The notes beneath the pieces were generated by a model. That model worked only from the letters and a program-made list of their open reading frames with translations. It was not told the DNA's origin and did not search any database. Below are positions 7,816 through 18,071 of a stretch of DNA of 38,675 nucleotides, one piece after another. Each line of letters begins with the position of its first letter. Within the stretch, counting starts at the first letter, position 1. The position numbers were made by a program, and so were the translations under genes. This DNA comes from a virus (Duplodnaviria; Caudoviricetes). Where the stretch lies: positions 1 to 38,675 of the IMG/VR virus record IMGVR_UViG_3300030117_004050; one strand, given 5' to 3'.

Positions 7816-10337
7816 TGGCTAAGCATTATACAAATGTACTTTGTCAAGGCAATTACATACTTTATCGTGGTGTAAACAACGGTAAAAAAGTTAAGAACAG
7901 AGTAACATATTCACCAAGCTTATTTGTTAAATCTAAAGATCGTAAACAAGAATATAAAGGTATTCATGGCGAACCTTTAGACGCTTTGCGATTTGAATCT
8001 ATACGAGCTGCAAAAGAATTTCAACGCAAATACAAAGATGTAGATAACTTTGATATTTACGGCATGGATCGTTTTGAATATGCTTACATGGCTGATAACT
8101 TCAAAGGTCAAATAGAATGGAATATTAATGATATAAACATATCAGTTATTGATATTGAAGTAAGCTCAGCTTATGGTTTCCCTGATCCATATGAAGCAAA
8201 AGCACCAATCACAGCTATTTGTATTCGACAATTAAATGGTCAATCCGTTGTGTTTGGCTGCCGTGATTATGATAGTCCAGAAAATGTAACATATGTTAAA
8301 TGTGCAAACGAAAATGATCTATGTAAAAAGTTTATCAAACATTGGGAAAGAGATTACCCTGATGTTATCTCTGGTTGGAATACAGACTTCTTTGATATAC
8401 CATATTTGGTGAATCGTTTTCGTACATTGTTTGGTGATGACTTTGCAAAAAAACTTTCGCCTTGGAATAATATATGGGAAAGAAAAGTTGTTCTTAACGG
8501 GCGAGAATTAATATCATATCATTTATCTGGTATCAATTCACTTGATTATATTGAGTTGTATAAATGGTATGCACCAGGTGGTAAATCACAAGAATCATAT
8601 AAGTTAGATGCAATTGCAAATGTAGAACTTGGTGAGAGAAAATTATCTTATGATGAATATGATAGCCTGCATAATCTTTACCAAGAAAATTACCAAAAGT
8701 TTATTGATTATAATATTAAAGACGTTGATCTAATTATTAAACTTGAAGGTAAACTAAAGTTAATTGAATTAGCTTTAACTCTTGCATATGATACAAAGAC
8801 AAACTTTGAAGATGTATTTGCACAAACAAGAATGTGGGATTCTTTAATATACAATCATCTATTACCAAAAAAGATTATTGTACCACCAAAGAAATTTAAG
8901 AGAAAAGTATCAGCTTTTGAAGGTGCTTATGTAAAAGATCCTCAAGTTGGTATGCACGATTGGGTGGCATCATTTGATTTAAATAGTTTGTACCCACATT
9001 TACTGATCATGTATAATATAAGTCCAGAAACAATTGTCAATGCAGAAAATCATACAGAAGAAATGCAAAAAGTTTTGGGATCTGAAGTGAGTGTAGAATC
9101 TTTATTAGAACAAAAAATAGATACAAAAGAATTAAATGGTGTAACACTCACACCAAATGGTCAATTCTTTAGAACAGATAAACAAGGTTTCTTACCAAAG
9201 ATGATGGAAGAAATGTATGTAGATCGTAAGAAGTTTAAAAACTTAATGATACAGGCTCAAAAAGATTATGAGAAAAATCCTTCAACTGAACTATCACATT
9301 TAATATCAAGATATAATAATCTACAACTTGCAAAGAAAGTATCACTAAACTCCGCTTATGGTGCTCTTGGTTCACAATACTTTAGATTCTATGATCTAAG
9401 ACAGGCACTTGCAGTTACTTTAGCTGGTCAATTATCTATTCGTTGGATAGAAAATAAACTAAACACATACATGAATAAAATACTTGGTACAAAGGAAGAT
9501 TATGTGGTTGCATCAGATACAGATTCGATTTATCTCAAACTTGGTAGCCTTATTGATAAAGTGTTTAAAGAAAAACCAGAAACTGATGAAGCAATCAAAT
9601 TCATGGACAAGGTCTGTGATGGTAAAATACAATCGTTTATTGATAAAAGTTATAAAGAGCTTGCTGATTATGTTCATGCCTACGACCAAAAAATGGTAAT
9701 GAAACGTGAAGCACTTGCAGATAAAGGCCTTTGGACTGCTAAGAAAAGATATGTATTAAATGTTTATGATAATGAGGGTGTTAGATATACAACGCCTAAA
9801 TTAAAAATTATGGGTCTTGAGATGATTAAATCATCAACACCTTATGCTATTCGTGAAAAAATGAAAGAGCTTACTAAGATTATTGTTACAAAAGGTGAAG
9901 AAGAGGTACAAGAGTTTATTGAAAAGTTCAAAGAAGATTTTAAGAATTTACCACCAGAAGAAATATCTTTTCCTCGAGGCGTAAATGGTATAAAAACTTA
10001 TGAAGATTCTAGTTTAATTTATAAAAAAGGCACACCAATTCATGTGAGAGGTGCTTTATTATATAATCAACAATTGAAAAAACTAAATCTTGAAAAGAAA
10101 TATCCTGCAATTCAAGATGGTGAAAAGTTAAAGTTTACATATCTTAAACAACCAAATCCAATAAAAGATAATGTCATATCTTTTCCAACAAGAATACCAA
10201 AAGAGTTTGGTCTTGAAAAATACATTGACTTTGACACCCAATTTCAAAAAGGGTTCATAGAACCTACAAGATTTATTGTAGAATGTATTGGTTGGGAGAT
10301 GGAGAAAAGTAATTCATTGGAGGATTTTTTTGAGTGA
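7815..10337 (+). CDS. 43: Family B DNA polymerase (T4 gp43)
   Basis: Exonuclease motifs DIEV, GWN..FFDIPY and YNIKDV; polymerase motifs SFDLNSLYPH, K..LNSAYG, DTDS and KKRY; C-terminal clamp-binding SLEDFF. Confidence 0.98.
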   Translation: MAKHYTNVLCQGNYILYRGVNNGKKVKNRVTYSPSLFVKSKDRKQEYKGIHGEPLDALRFESIRAAKEFQRKYKDVDNFDIYGMDRFEYAYMADNFKGQIEWNINDINISVIDIEVSSAYGFPDPYEAKAPITAICIRQLNGQSVVFGCRDYDSPENVTYVKCANENDLCKKFIKHWERDYPDVISGWNTDFFDIPYLVNRFRTLFGDDFAKKLSPWNNIWERKVVLNGRELISYHLSGINSLDYIELYKWYAPGGKSQESYKLDAIANVELGERKLSYDEYDSLHNLYQENYQKFIDYNIKDVDLIIKLEGKLKLIELALTLAYDTKTNFEDVFAQTRMWDSLIYNHLLPKKIIVPPKKFKRKVSAFEGAYVKDPQVGMHDWVASFDLNSLYPHLLIMYNISPETIVNAENHTEEMQKVLGSEVSVESLLEQKIDTKELNGVTLTPNGQFFRTDKQGFLPKMMEEMYVDRKKFKNLMIQAQKDYEKNPSTELSHLISRYNNLQLAKKVSLNSAYGALGSQYFRFYDLRQALAVTLAGQLSIRWIENKLNTYMNKILGTKEDYVVASDTDSIYLKLGSLIDKVFKEKPETDEAIKFMDKVCDGKIQSFIDKSYKELADYVHAYDQKMVMKREALADKGLWTAKKRYVLNVYDNEGVRYTTPKLKIMGLEMIKSSTPYAIREKMKELTKIIVTKGEEEVQEFIEKFKEDFKNLPPEEISFPRGVNGIKTYEDSSLIYKKGTPIHVRGALLYNQQLKKLNLEKKYPAIQDGEKLKFTYLKQPNPIKDNVISFPTRIPKEFGLEKYIDFDTQFQKGFIEPTRFIVECIGWEMEKSNSLEDFFE

Positions 10338-10968
10338 GATAGATTATAGAATGGTGCCTTTGTTTAACACACCACTTTTTATAAAAGAAAATATATTTAT
10401 TGAAGAATCAACTAAAGAATTTTTAAAAAAACAAGATTTTGAAAGAATGTGGGCTAATAATGGCGATTATGGTGTAGATAAATATATACTCAATAAACCA
10501 GAGTGTGCATTATTAAAAGATAATTTAAATGATGCAATGAAAAAGTATGCTTATATAGAACTTAGAGCTCGGGAAAATATAGAGTTTTATATTACTAATT
10601 CATGGGTAGTTAGGCATAAACCAGGGGATTGGGCTCAAGATCATGTTCATACAAATTCTATTATTTCTGGTGTTTATTATTTTGATGTAAGTGGTGAAAA
10701 AGATTGTGGTGAATTTACACTTCAGAGAGATTTAAACCGAACTGGTGTTTTTCCACTTTCATGTGATATAGATGTTAGGGATCATAATTTATTTAATTCA
10801 AAAATTTGGACTTTGATACCAAAAAACGGAGATGTATATATGTTTCCATCATCAACAATTCATAACGTGGGTAAAAACAAAACAAACAACGATAGACACT
10901 CACTTGCTTTTAATGTTCACGTTAAAGGTAAACTTGGCACAAAAGAATTTCAATTAGATATAAAATGA
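10330..10968 (+). CDS. 2OG-Fe(II) oxygenase (TIGR02466-like)
   Basis: Probable TTG start at 10330 after GGAGG. Motifs LF.TP, SW, H.H.NS.ISGVYY, MFPS...H.V and R.SLAFN. Confidence 0.85.
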   Translation: MSEIDYRMVPLFNTPLFIKENIFIEESTKEFLKKQDFERMWANNGDYGVDKYILNKPECALLKDNLNDAMKKYAYIELRARENIEFYITNSWVVRHKPGDWAQDHVHTNSIISGVYYFDVSGEKDCGEFTLQRDLNRTGVFPLSCDIDVRDHNLFNSKIWTLIPKNGDVYMFPSSTIHNVGKNKTNNDRHSLAFNVHVKGKLGTKEFQLDIK

Positions 10969-11783
10969 TACAAGCAATCTTACCTTTTATTACAGCAATA
11001 GGATTATCAATAATTGCAGCTTATTATTCTGTGATAGGTTTGGCACAAATTTTTCCAGGATCATTTTGGCCAATCATTGTAATGGGTGCTGTTTTAGAAG
11101 TGGCAAAACTTGTAACAGTATCTTGGTTATATAATAACTGGAAAGAAACTATTTTGGCCATGAAAGTATATTTCATTACAGCTATTATACTTGTAATGTT
11201 AATTACTTCTATGGGTATATTTGGTTTTCTTTCAAGAGCTCACATTGAATCTAATGTAGTAGTTGGTGCAAACTCAGTTCAAATAAAACAAATAGAGTTA
11301 AGAGAAAATTTAATTAGAGAAAGACTAACATATTTGTATAGACAGGCTGGTGATGATCCCGAAAAAGTTGCAAGAACAACTGATAGACAAATTAGAGCTG
11401 CTCAAGCACAATTAGTAGAACTTACACAAGAAAAATTACCATTACTGAAAGAAGAAAATATATTAAAGGCAGAAGTAGGGCCAATCATGTTTATCGCCGA
11501 GTTTTTATATGGTGAAGGTGACCCTAAATTCATAGATAAGGCTGTAAGAGCTGTAATTTTCATAATTATATTTGTTTTCGATCCTCTTGCCGTATTATTA
11601 CTCATAGCGGCTAATCAATCATATAGAAAATATAAAGATGAAAAACCTAAACCGGTAGTAAAGAAGGCAAACAAAAGGAAAAGGCTTGACTTACCACCTA
11701 GTCCTAGTTTAGAATCCTTCTTTATAGATAAGGATAAAATGTTAGTGCCGAAAAATCAAATCACAAAAATGAAGGAAACATAA
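10965..11783 (+). CDS. Conserved multi-pass membrane protein with coiled coil
   Basis: Three N-terminal hydrophobic segments (AAYYSVIGL, LEVAKLV..SW, TSMGIFGFLS), a coiled coil, EVGPI and a C-terminal TM segment (IIFVFDPLAVLLLIA). Confidence 0.8.
   Translation: MIQAILPFITAIGLSIIAAYYSVIGLAQIFPGSFWPIIVMGAVLEVAKLVTVSWLYNNWKETILAMKVYFITAIILVMLITSMGIFGFLSRAHIESNVVVGANSVQIKQIELRENLIRERLTYLYRQAGDDPEKVARTTDRQIRAAQAQLVELTQEKLPLLKEENILKAEVGPIMFIAEFLYGEGDPKFIDKAVRAVIFIIIFVFDPLAVLLLIAANQSYRKYKDEKPKPVVKKANKRKRLDLPPSPSLESFFIDKDKMLVPKNQITKMKET
11686..11715 (+). promoter_or_regulatory. Putative sigma70-type promoter for uvsX
   Basis: TTGACT-N18-TAGAAT, about 70 nt upstream of the uvsX ATG, inside the preceding gene. 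Confidence 0.45.
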
Positions 11784-12850
11784 TGAGTTTGTTAGACAGA
11801 TTAAAAAAGAATACCACAATAAAAGAAGCTTCAATCTTATCAAAATCTAAATTTTTTAAACAGAAAGATATGGTGCAAACAGATGTACCAATGGTTAATG
11901 TTGCACTCTCTGGTTCACTTGATGGTGGTATTGTTCCAGGTTTAACTATGTTAGCTGGGCCTTCAAAACATTTTAAGAGTGCTTTTGCTTTACTCATGGC
12001 ATCATCATATCTTAAAAAATATAAAGATGCTGTGGTTATATTTTATGACTCAGAGTTTGGCACACCACAAAAGTATTTTGAAACTTTCGACATTGACATG
12101 GAAAGAGTATTACATACACCAGTTACAAATGTTGAAGAACTTAAACATGATATTATGAATCAATTAAATGATATTACAAGTGATGATAAAGTAATTATTG
12201 TTTTAGATTCAATTGGTAATTTAGCTTCTAAAAAAGAAGTTGATGATTCAATAGAGGGTAAAACAGTAGCTGATATGACAAGAGCTAAAGGTATAAAATC
12301 TTTGTTTAGAATGATAACACCACACCTCACAATCAAAGATATACCTTTAGTTGTTGTCAACCACACATACAAAGAGATTGGTCTGTTTCCTAAAGACATT
12401 GTTGGTGGTGGCACAGGTTCATATTATTCAGCTGATACAATTTGGATTCTAGGTAGACAACAAGATAAAACTGGAAAAGATATTACAGGTTATCACTTTA
12501 TTATCAACGTAGAGAAATCTAGATTCGTAAAAGAGAAATCAAAAATACCAGTTACAGTTTCATTTAATGGCGGTATTCAAAAGTATTCTGGATTACTTGA
12601 TATTGCAATTGAAGGTCAGTATGTTGCAAAACCATCTCCTGGTTGGTATGCAAAAGTAGATAGAAAAACAGGCGAAATTGGTGAGAAAGTACGCTTTGAT
12701 GCCACACAAACAAACAAATTTTGGTATGATATATTAAATGATAAGCAGTTTAAAACATTCGTACAAGAAAAATATCAAATAGGCTATGGGAATATATTAA
12801 GTGATGATGCGACTAGAACAAACGATACTGAAGAACTTAGTTTACAATGA
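11783..12850 (+). CDS. uvsX: RecA-like recombinase UvsX
   Basis: NVALSG, AGPSKHFKS (Walker A variant), YDSEFG, DSIGNLASKKE, DMTRAK and NHTY. Confidence 0.97.
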   Translation: MSLLDRLKKNTTIKEASILSKSKFFKQKDMVQTDVPMVNVALSGSLDGGIVPGLTMLAGPSKHFKSAFALLMASSYLKKYKDAVVIFYDSEFGTPQKYFETFDIDMERVLHTPVTNVEELKHDIMNQLNDITSDDKVIIVLDSIGNLASKKEVDDSIEGKTVADMTRAKGIKSLFRMITPHLTIKDIPLVVVNHTYKEIGLFPKDIVGGGTGSYYSADTIWILGRQQDKTGKDITGYHFIINVEKSRFVKEKSKIPVTVSFNGGIQKYSGLLDIAIEGQYVAKPSPGWYAKVDRKTGEIGEKVRFDATQTNKFWYDILNDKQFKTFVQEKYQIGYGNILSDDATRTNDTEELSLQ

Positions 12851-14177
12851 AGAATTTACTCGTAAGGTTTTACCATTTATTGAGGCAGACTATTTTTCAG
12901 AATCAATAGAAAGAAAAGTATTTGTTGAGATACATGATTTTGTAAATCAGTATGAAAAATTACCAACACATGAAGTTCTTGTAATTAATTTTACAGAGAA
13001 AAAAGAACTTACTGAAGATGAAGTATCTAAAACAATAGAGCTTCTACAAGAAATCAAAAAATCAAAAGATGAAGAAGTTGAGTTGAATTGGCTCATAGAC
13101 CAAACTGAAAAGTTTTGTCAAGATAAGGCCATTTACAATGCGATCATGAACTCAGTTTCAATTCTTGATGATAAAAATACAAAAAAGTCTAAAGGTGAAA
13201 TACCAAAACTTTTAAGTGATGCACTTGGTGTTTCCTTTGATTCACATATTGGTCATGATTATATCAATGATTATAATGAACGATATGATTTTTATCACAA
13301 GGTTGAAAACAGAGTAAGTTTTGATATTGATATACTTAATAAGATTACAAAAGGTGGTTTACCAATTAAAACATTGAATGTCATTATGGCAGGCACAGGT
13401 GTTGGTAAAAGTTTGTTCATGTGTCATATGGCTTCTTCTTGTATATCTCAAGGCGACAATGTTTTGTATATCACTATGGAAATGGCTGAAGAAAAGATTG
13501 CAGAAAGAATTGATGCTAACTTATTGAACATTAGTTTAAATGATTTAAGGTCTGTATCAAAAGATGATTATGAATCCAAATTCAATGTATTAAAAGCAAA
13601 GACACAAGGCCAATTAATCATTAAAGAATATCCAACGGCAGCTGCCTCTACTTTACATTTTCGTGCATTGTTAAGTGAGTTAGCATTGAAAAAACAATTT
13701 AGACCTGATATAATATTTGTTGATTACTTAAATATTTGTACATCATCAAGAATAAAACCAGGTAATAATATTAATTCATACACATTCATAAAAGCTATCG
13801 CAGAAGAATTAAGAGGTCTTGCAGTTGAGTATGAATTACCAATTGTATCAGCAACACAAACAACTAGGTCTGGTTTTACAAATTCAGATCCAGGTCTTGA
13901 AGATGTTTCAGAATCATTTGGTTTACCTGCGACTGCTGACTTTATGTTTTCTATTGTATCAAATGAAGAACTAGAACAACTGAATCAGATATTGGTGAAA
14001 CAACAAAAGAATCGTTATGCAGATCCAACTTATTTTAGAAAGTTTATTGTTGGTGTCGATAGAGCTAAGATGAAGTTATATGATGTAGAACAATCGGGTC
14101 AAGATGGTATTCTAGATTCTGGCCAAGATGACCCTGATGATAAACCTGATGATAAATTTGATAATTGGAAAATATGA
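12801..14177 (+). CDS. 41: Replicative DNA helicase (T4 gp41)
   Basis: AGTGVGKS, YITMEMAEEKIAERIDAN, IKEYPT, VDYLNI, SATQTTR, SESFGLPATAD and KNRY. The start could be 12801, 12804 or 12807. Confidence 0.97.
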   Translation: MMMRLEQTILKNLVYNEEFTRKVLPFIEADYFSESIERKVFVEIHDFVNQYEKLPTHEVLVINFTEKKELTEDEVSKTIELLQEIKKSKDEEVELNWLIDQTEKFCQDKAIYNAIMNSVSILDDKNTKKSKGEIPKLLSDALGVSFDSHIGHDYINDYNERYDFYHKVENRVSFDIDILNKITKGGLPIKTLNVIMAGTGVGKSLFMCHMASSCISQGDNVLYITMEMAEEKIAERIDANLLNISLNDLRSVSKDDYESKFNVLKAKTQGQLIIKEYPTAAASTLHFRALLSELALKKQFRPDIIFVDYLNICTSSRIKPGNNINSYTFIKAIAEELRGLAVEYELPIVSATQTTRSGFTNSDPGLEDVSESFGLPATADFMFSIVSNEELEQLNQILVKQQKNRYADPTYFRKFIVGVDRAKMKLYDVEQSGQDGILDSGQDDPDDKPDDKFDNWKI

Positions 14178-15292
14178 AAATAACTAGAGAACAAGCGTTA
14201 CATGGTGCTAAAGTATTCTCAGATTACTTTGATCGCTTTGAAAGTATCGCAGATTATATGCGAGATCAAAAATTAAATGCAGTTGATGAAATGTCTTTTG
14301 GTTTACCAGGAATGGGGCCTGAAATGGATTTGTTTGATAACTTTGATATGTCCCCAGAAGATATGAATATCGAAGTTGTTGAAATGAATCAGAATATGTG
14401 GGACATTTACATTAAGTTGATTTCATCACATTCAAATATGACAAGTATTCCAGGAAAATCATTACGACTTGGTGTATTAGAAAAGAATACAAACAAGTGG
14501 CTTGGTTTTATTCGTATGGGTTCACCAGTAATCAATATGAAACCAAGAAATGAATTATTGAATTGTGTATTCACTCAAGATGAAAAAACAGCTAGATCAT
14601 TTAATCAGACATCTATTATGGGTTTTGTAATTGTGCCATCTCAACCATTTGGTTATAATTATCTTGGTGGTAAATTACTTGCAGCTATATGTTGTTCACA
14701 CCATGTTCGTGAAATGATGAACAAGAAATATCCAGGTATGAATGTATGTTTATTTGAAACAACCAGTTTATATGGGTCATCAAAGTCTAGTTCACAATAT
14801 GATGGCATGAAACCATTTCTCAGATTCAAAGGTCTTACAGACTCTAATTTTTTACCATTGATGCACGGCAAACCATATGAAGATTTAAGAGATTACATGG
14901 AAAAAGCTGTTGGTGAACCGATAGTACCAGAAGATGCCTCATCAAGAAAACTCAAACTATCAACTAAAATACAGGCTCTTATCAAGGCTAGTTTAGATGG
15001 TGAAGATTTGAAAAGATATAATGATACAATTAAGAATGCTCTTAATTTAACTGAAAAGAAACGATATTACGCCTCTTCCTATGGTTTCTCAAACTTTGTT
15101 GATGTAGTGACTGGTAAGACAGATAAGTTGGTTCCAGACAAGGAGAACCACGATAAACATCATCTGGAGAACGTAATTAAGTGGTGGAAAAAGAAAGCAA
15201 CAAACAGATATGTGTCGCTTAAAAACAACAAAAGACTCAGAAATGAATTAGAAGTATGGACAGGTGATAAAGAAATTGACATAATTCGATAG
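14174..15292 (+). CDS. Conserved T4-like protein, DUF4338/DruA-like
   Basis: GFIR.GSP, VPSQPFGYNYLGGKLLA and ETTSLYG...SQY; ATGA overlap with gp41. The family name is from recall only. Confidence 0.55.
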   Translation: MKITREQALHGAKVFSDYFDRFESIADYMRDQKLNAVDEMSFGLPGMGPEMDLFDNFDMSPEDMNIEVVEMNQNMWDIYIKLISSHSNMTSIPGKSLRLGVLEKNTNKWLGFIRMGSPVINMKPRNELLNCVFTQDEKTARSFNQTSIMGFVIVPSQPFGYNYLGGKLLAAICCSHHVREMMNKKYPGMNVCLFETTSLYGSSKSSSQYDGMKPFLRFKGLTDSNFLPLMHGKPYEDLRDYMEKAVGEPIVPEDASSRKLKLSTKIQALIKASLDGEDLKRYNDTIKNALNLTEKKRYYASSYGFSNFVDVVTGKTDKLVPDKENHDKHHLENVIKWWKKKATNRYVSLKNNKRLRNELEVWTGDKEIDIIR

Positions 15293-15309
15293 TTGTGTTA
15301 TCATAAATA
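15276..15309 (+). promoter_or_regulatory. Overlapping sigma70 promoter and T4-type late promoter
   Basis: TTGACA (15276-15281), 17-nt spacer ending in TGn, TATCAT (15299-15304); CATAAATA at 15302-15309. Confidence 0.7.
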
Positions 15310-15335
15310 CATGATAAACAATAAACGAGGATAAG

Positions 15336-16550
15336 ATGGCAGATAAAACATCACTTTTTGAATCATCACAAGCTTGGTTTTCTTCTTACGCTGATGTATT
15401 AGGTGTCCAAAAATCAGAGAAACAATTAGATACTGAAAAATACCCAACATGGGATTCTTTTTATTCTGTATTTAAAAAACCCTTTGATGCAGCCTATGAT
15501 AGGCTTGATGTTGGTATAAAAGGAGCTGTTATAACTAAAAAACAAATGGCAGATTTCTTAAAGGAAAATAATGACTGGTATATATCATCAGTTTTAATTG
15601 CTGTTGAATTGATAAAGGAAATACAAACAATATCTCGGTACGGTATAAAACCACCAGGTTATCAAAATCTATTTTACTTCCGTGGTGATGAAGGTGTCAT
15701 GGGTAAATTAGAAAAAATATTTAAGATAGCAAATAAATCTCCAATATATACTGCTTCAGGTGCTGGTCAACCTTTTGGTGACGTAAATAAATGGAGCCCA
15801 GCTGACATATACTTAGCATCAAAAAAAGCTTTTGACACTATTCAAGAAGAGTATAAAACAGCAGAAGCTAACAAGGGCACATATACCTTTATTTCTTTAA
15901 ATAAAATGATGAATAGTCTAATAAAAGACTCTGAGATTTTACCCCTCTCTTTAAAGAAAACAGAAAAAACGGCTAAATTAGTAAAGGTTAATTTTGATAG
16001 AAAATCAGAGGCAAAAGAACTTGAGAAAATTACATTTCTGAAAACTTCTGACTGGAAGCCTTATGTTAGAGTGCCATTTGGCCAAAAAACTGTAGCAAGA
16101 GATATAAGAGTTTTTATACAGAATATGGATGAAATAAAATTTAGACATGATCCATCGGCTAAAAGATTTGTAGTTGAGTATATACCAAAAATTGGTTCTG
16201 CTCGTGGTGGTTCAATGTTATTAAGTATTTTCATAAATTTGATGAATCAGATAGATAGTAAAACAGCTGGTAACATTGATAAAGCTTTCAACAAAGGTTT
16301 ACAAGATTACAATAAAGAAGTTGCACCTTTACTAAAACTGAAAGATAAATTACCGAAAAAACAATTCGATTTTGAGAGAGGTGCTATAAGTGCTACAAAT
16401 ATTGTAAATAGAGTTATGCCAATTTTGTTTAAATGGTTTAACAGAAAAGATCCTAAATCCAAAAAACAAATAAACGAATTTACACGGTCAATATTTGCAT
16501 ACATGACCTCAAGATCACCAAACTCAGGAAGGTTTGTAATCGCAAAATGA
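15336..16550 (+). CDS. Hypothetical protein, possible PD-(D/E)xK nuclease fold
   Basis: GAGG RBS; N-terminal E, KWSPADIYL and LPLSLKK resemble restriction-endonuclease-like motifs. Confidence 0.45.
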   Translation: MADKTSLFESSQAWFSSYADVLGVQKSEKQLDTEKYPTWDSFYSVFKKPFDAAYDRLDVGIKGAVITKKQMADFLKENNDWYISSVLIAVELIKEIQTISRYGIKPPGYQNLFYFRGDEGVMGKLEKIFKIANKSPIYTASGAGQPFGDVNKWSPADIYLASKKAFDTIQEEYKTAEANKGTYTFISLNKMMNSLIKDSEILPLSLKKTEKTAKLVKVNFDRKSEAKELEKITFLKTSDWKPYVRVPFGQKTVARDIRVFIQNMDEIKFRHDPSAKRFVVEYIPKIGSARGGSMLLSIFINLMNQIDSKTAGNIDKAFNKGLQDYNKEVAPLLKLKDKLPKKQFDFERGAISATNIVNRVMPILFKWFNRKDPKSKKQINEFTRSIFAYMTSRSPNSGRFVIAK

Positions 16551-17776
16551 ATTTCACAGAATTTTTAGAAGAAGCCAGACAAGATAAAAATCTTCATTTA
16601 GAACATTTAGAAGATAATGTTTTAAATCGTGGTGTTGCTGGCGCCAGAGAATCAATCAACTTTCTACAATCATTGAGAGATATGCTTGCAGGTAGCTCAA
16701 CATCAAAAGTAAATGTTACAACAAAATGGGATGGTGCCCCAGCTGTTTTTGCAGGTATCAATCCAAAGAATGGTAAGTTTTTTGTTGGCACTAAATCTGT
16801 TTTCAATAAAGCACCAAAATTAAATTATACAGATAGAGATATAGATAGAAACCATCCAAGTGGTGGCTTAAATGAAAAACTAAAAGTAGCCTTGGCATTT
16901 TTACCAAAACTTGGTATCAAAGGTGTATTACAAGGCGATATGATGTTTACAAAAGGCGACATAAAAAAAGAGCAAATAGATGGGGAGAAATACGTCACGT
17001 TTCAACCAAATACTATTGTTTATGCTGTACCTGAAAAATCACCACTCTCTCAAAAAATGCAGGCCGCCCAGCTTGGTATTGTTTTTCATACCTCGTATTC
17101 AGGTAGAAGTTTAGACACAATGAAACCATCTTTTAATATTGATATTAATAGATTGAAGCCAACAAAAGATGTTTGGTTCCGTGACGCCTCATTTGTTAAT
17201 GCTTCTGGCACAGCGACATTTACAGAGGCAGAAACAAAACAAATAAGTAACATACTCTCACAGGCAGGTAGAACATTCCAAAGAATAAACGCATTAGTAT
17301 TAAATCGCATATCAGTTAATGATAAATTACTTGCAGAAATAAAAGTATTCAATAATCAAATGGTCAGACAGGGTCAAAAGATTAGAAATACATCAACACA
17401 TACTGTAAACTTAATTAGATATGTTGAAAATAAATTAAATAAAGAAATACTCAAAGCTAAGAGAGATGATACAAAGAAGAAAAGACAAAGAGAAAAAAAT
17501 GAAATGATGAGGCTTTTAAGAGGTGCAGCTAGACAGTTGATTGAGGTATTTAATCTTATGAACTCAATTACTGAAGCAAAAACAATCATCATTCGTAAGT
17601 TACAAGAGATGCGACAAGTTACAAATACGTTTGTCAGAACAGATAATGGATTTAGAATCACCAATCCAGAGGGTTTTGTTGCCGTAGATAAACTATCTGG
17701 TGGTGCATTAAAACTTGTTGATCGACTAGAATTTTCACACCAGAATTTTACGGCAAAAAAACAATGGGACAAGTAA
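16547..17776 (+). CDS. DUF6267-like protein with ligase-type nucleotidyltransferase motifs and a capsid-targeting-like N-terminus
   Basis: MNFTEFLEE; HLEHLED; TKWDGAPA (KxDG motif I); QGD; EGFV; KLVDR.EFS. Confidence 0.7.
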   Translation: MNFTEFLEEARQDKNLHLEHLEDNVLNRGVAGARESINFLQSLRDMLAGSSTSKVNVTTKWDGAPAVFAGINPKNGKFFVGTKSVFNKAPKLNYTDRDIDRNHPSGGLNEKLKVALAFLPKLGIKGVLQGDMMFTKGDIKKEQIDGEKYVTFQPNTIVYAVPEKSPLSQKMQAAQLGIVFHTSYSGRSLDTMKPSFNIDINRLKPTKDVWFRDASFVNASGTATFTEAETKQISNILSQAGRTFQRINALVLNRISVNDKLLAEIKVFNNQMVRQGQKIRNTSTHTVNLIRYVENKLNKEILKAKRDDTKKKRQREKNEMMRLLRGAARQLIEVFNLMNSITEAKTIIIRKLQEMRQVTNTFVRTDNGFRITNPEGFVAVDKLSGGALKLVDRLEFSHQNFTAKKQWDK

Positions 17777-17777
17777 A

Positions 17778-18071
17778 ATGGCATACGACATAGACAAAAT
17801 TATACATGAATATGGAGATATGGACTTTGGCTTTACAGCTGTTGATGAAACAGAATATGAAAAAGTACAAGATGAGTTAAAGAAAGAAAGTTATCAAAAA
17901 GATGTTACAGTTGAACAATACAAAGAAAAACTAAGTGAACTAGAAAAATTAATTATGCCTTTCTTAACTAACCTATATAAATCCAGAGAACAGGCCTATA
18001 TTCATTGGCCTAATCGTGGTAATTTATTAGAAAAACAAATGCAAAGAGTTTTAAAGCTAACGAGAGGGTAA
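17778..18071 (+). CDS. Conserved hypothetical protein
   Basis: DFGFTAVDE, I.PFL.NL and YI.WPNR motifs. Confidence 0.75.
   Translation: MAYDIDKIIHEYGDMDFGFTAVDETEYEKVQDELKKESYQKDVTVEQYKEKLSELEKLIMPFLTNLYKSREQAYIHWPNRGNLLEKQMQRVLKLTRG

Noticed and set aside
935-9699. Alternate-frame + strand ORFs at 935, 3984, 4194 and 9484
   Set aside because: Short, nested in conserved genes, without strong RBS or motifs.
7815-10337. Possible intron, intein or split in gp43 (also checked for gp41, thyX and nrdA)
   Set aside because: Reading frames are continuous, of ordinary length, with no intein-like or homing-endonuclease insertions visible.
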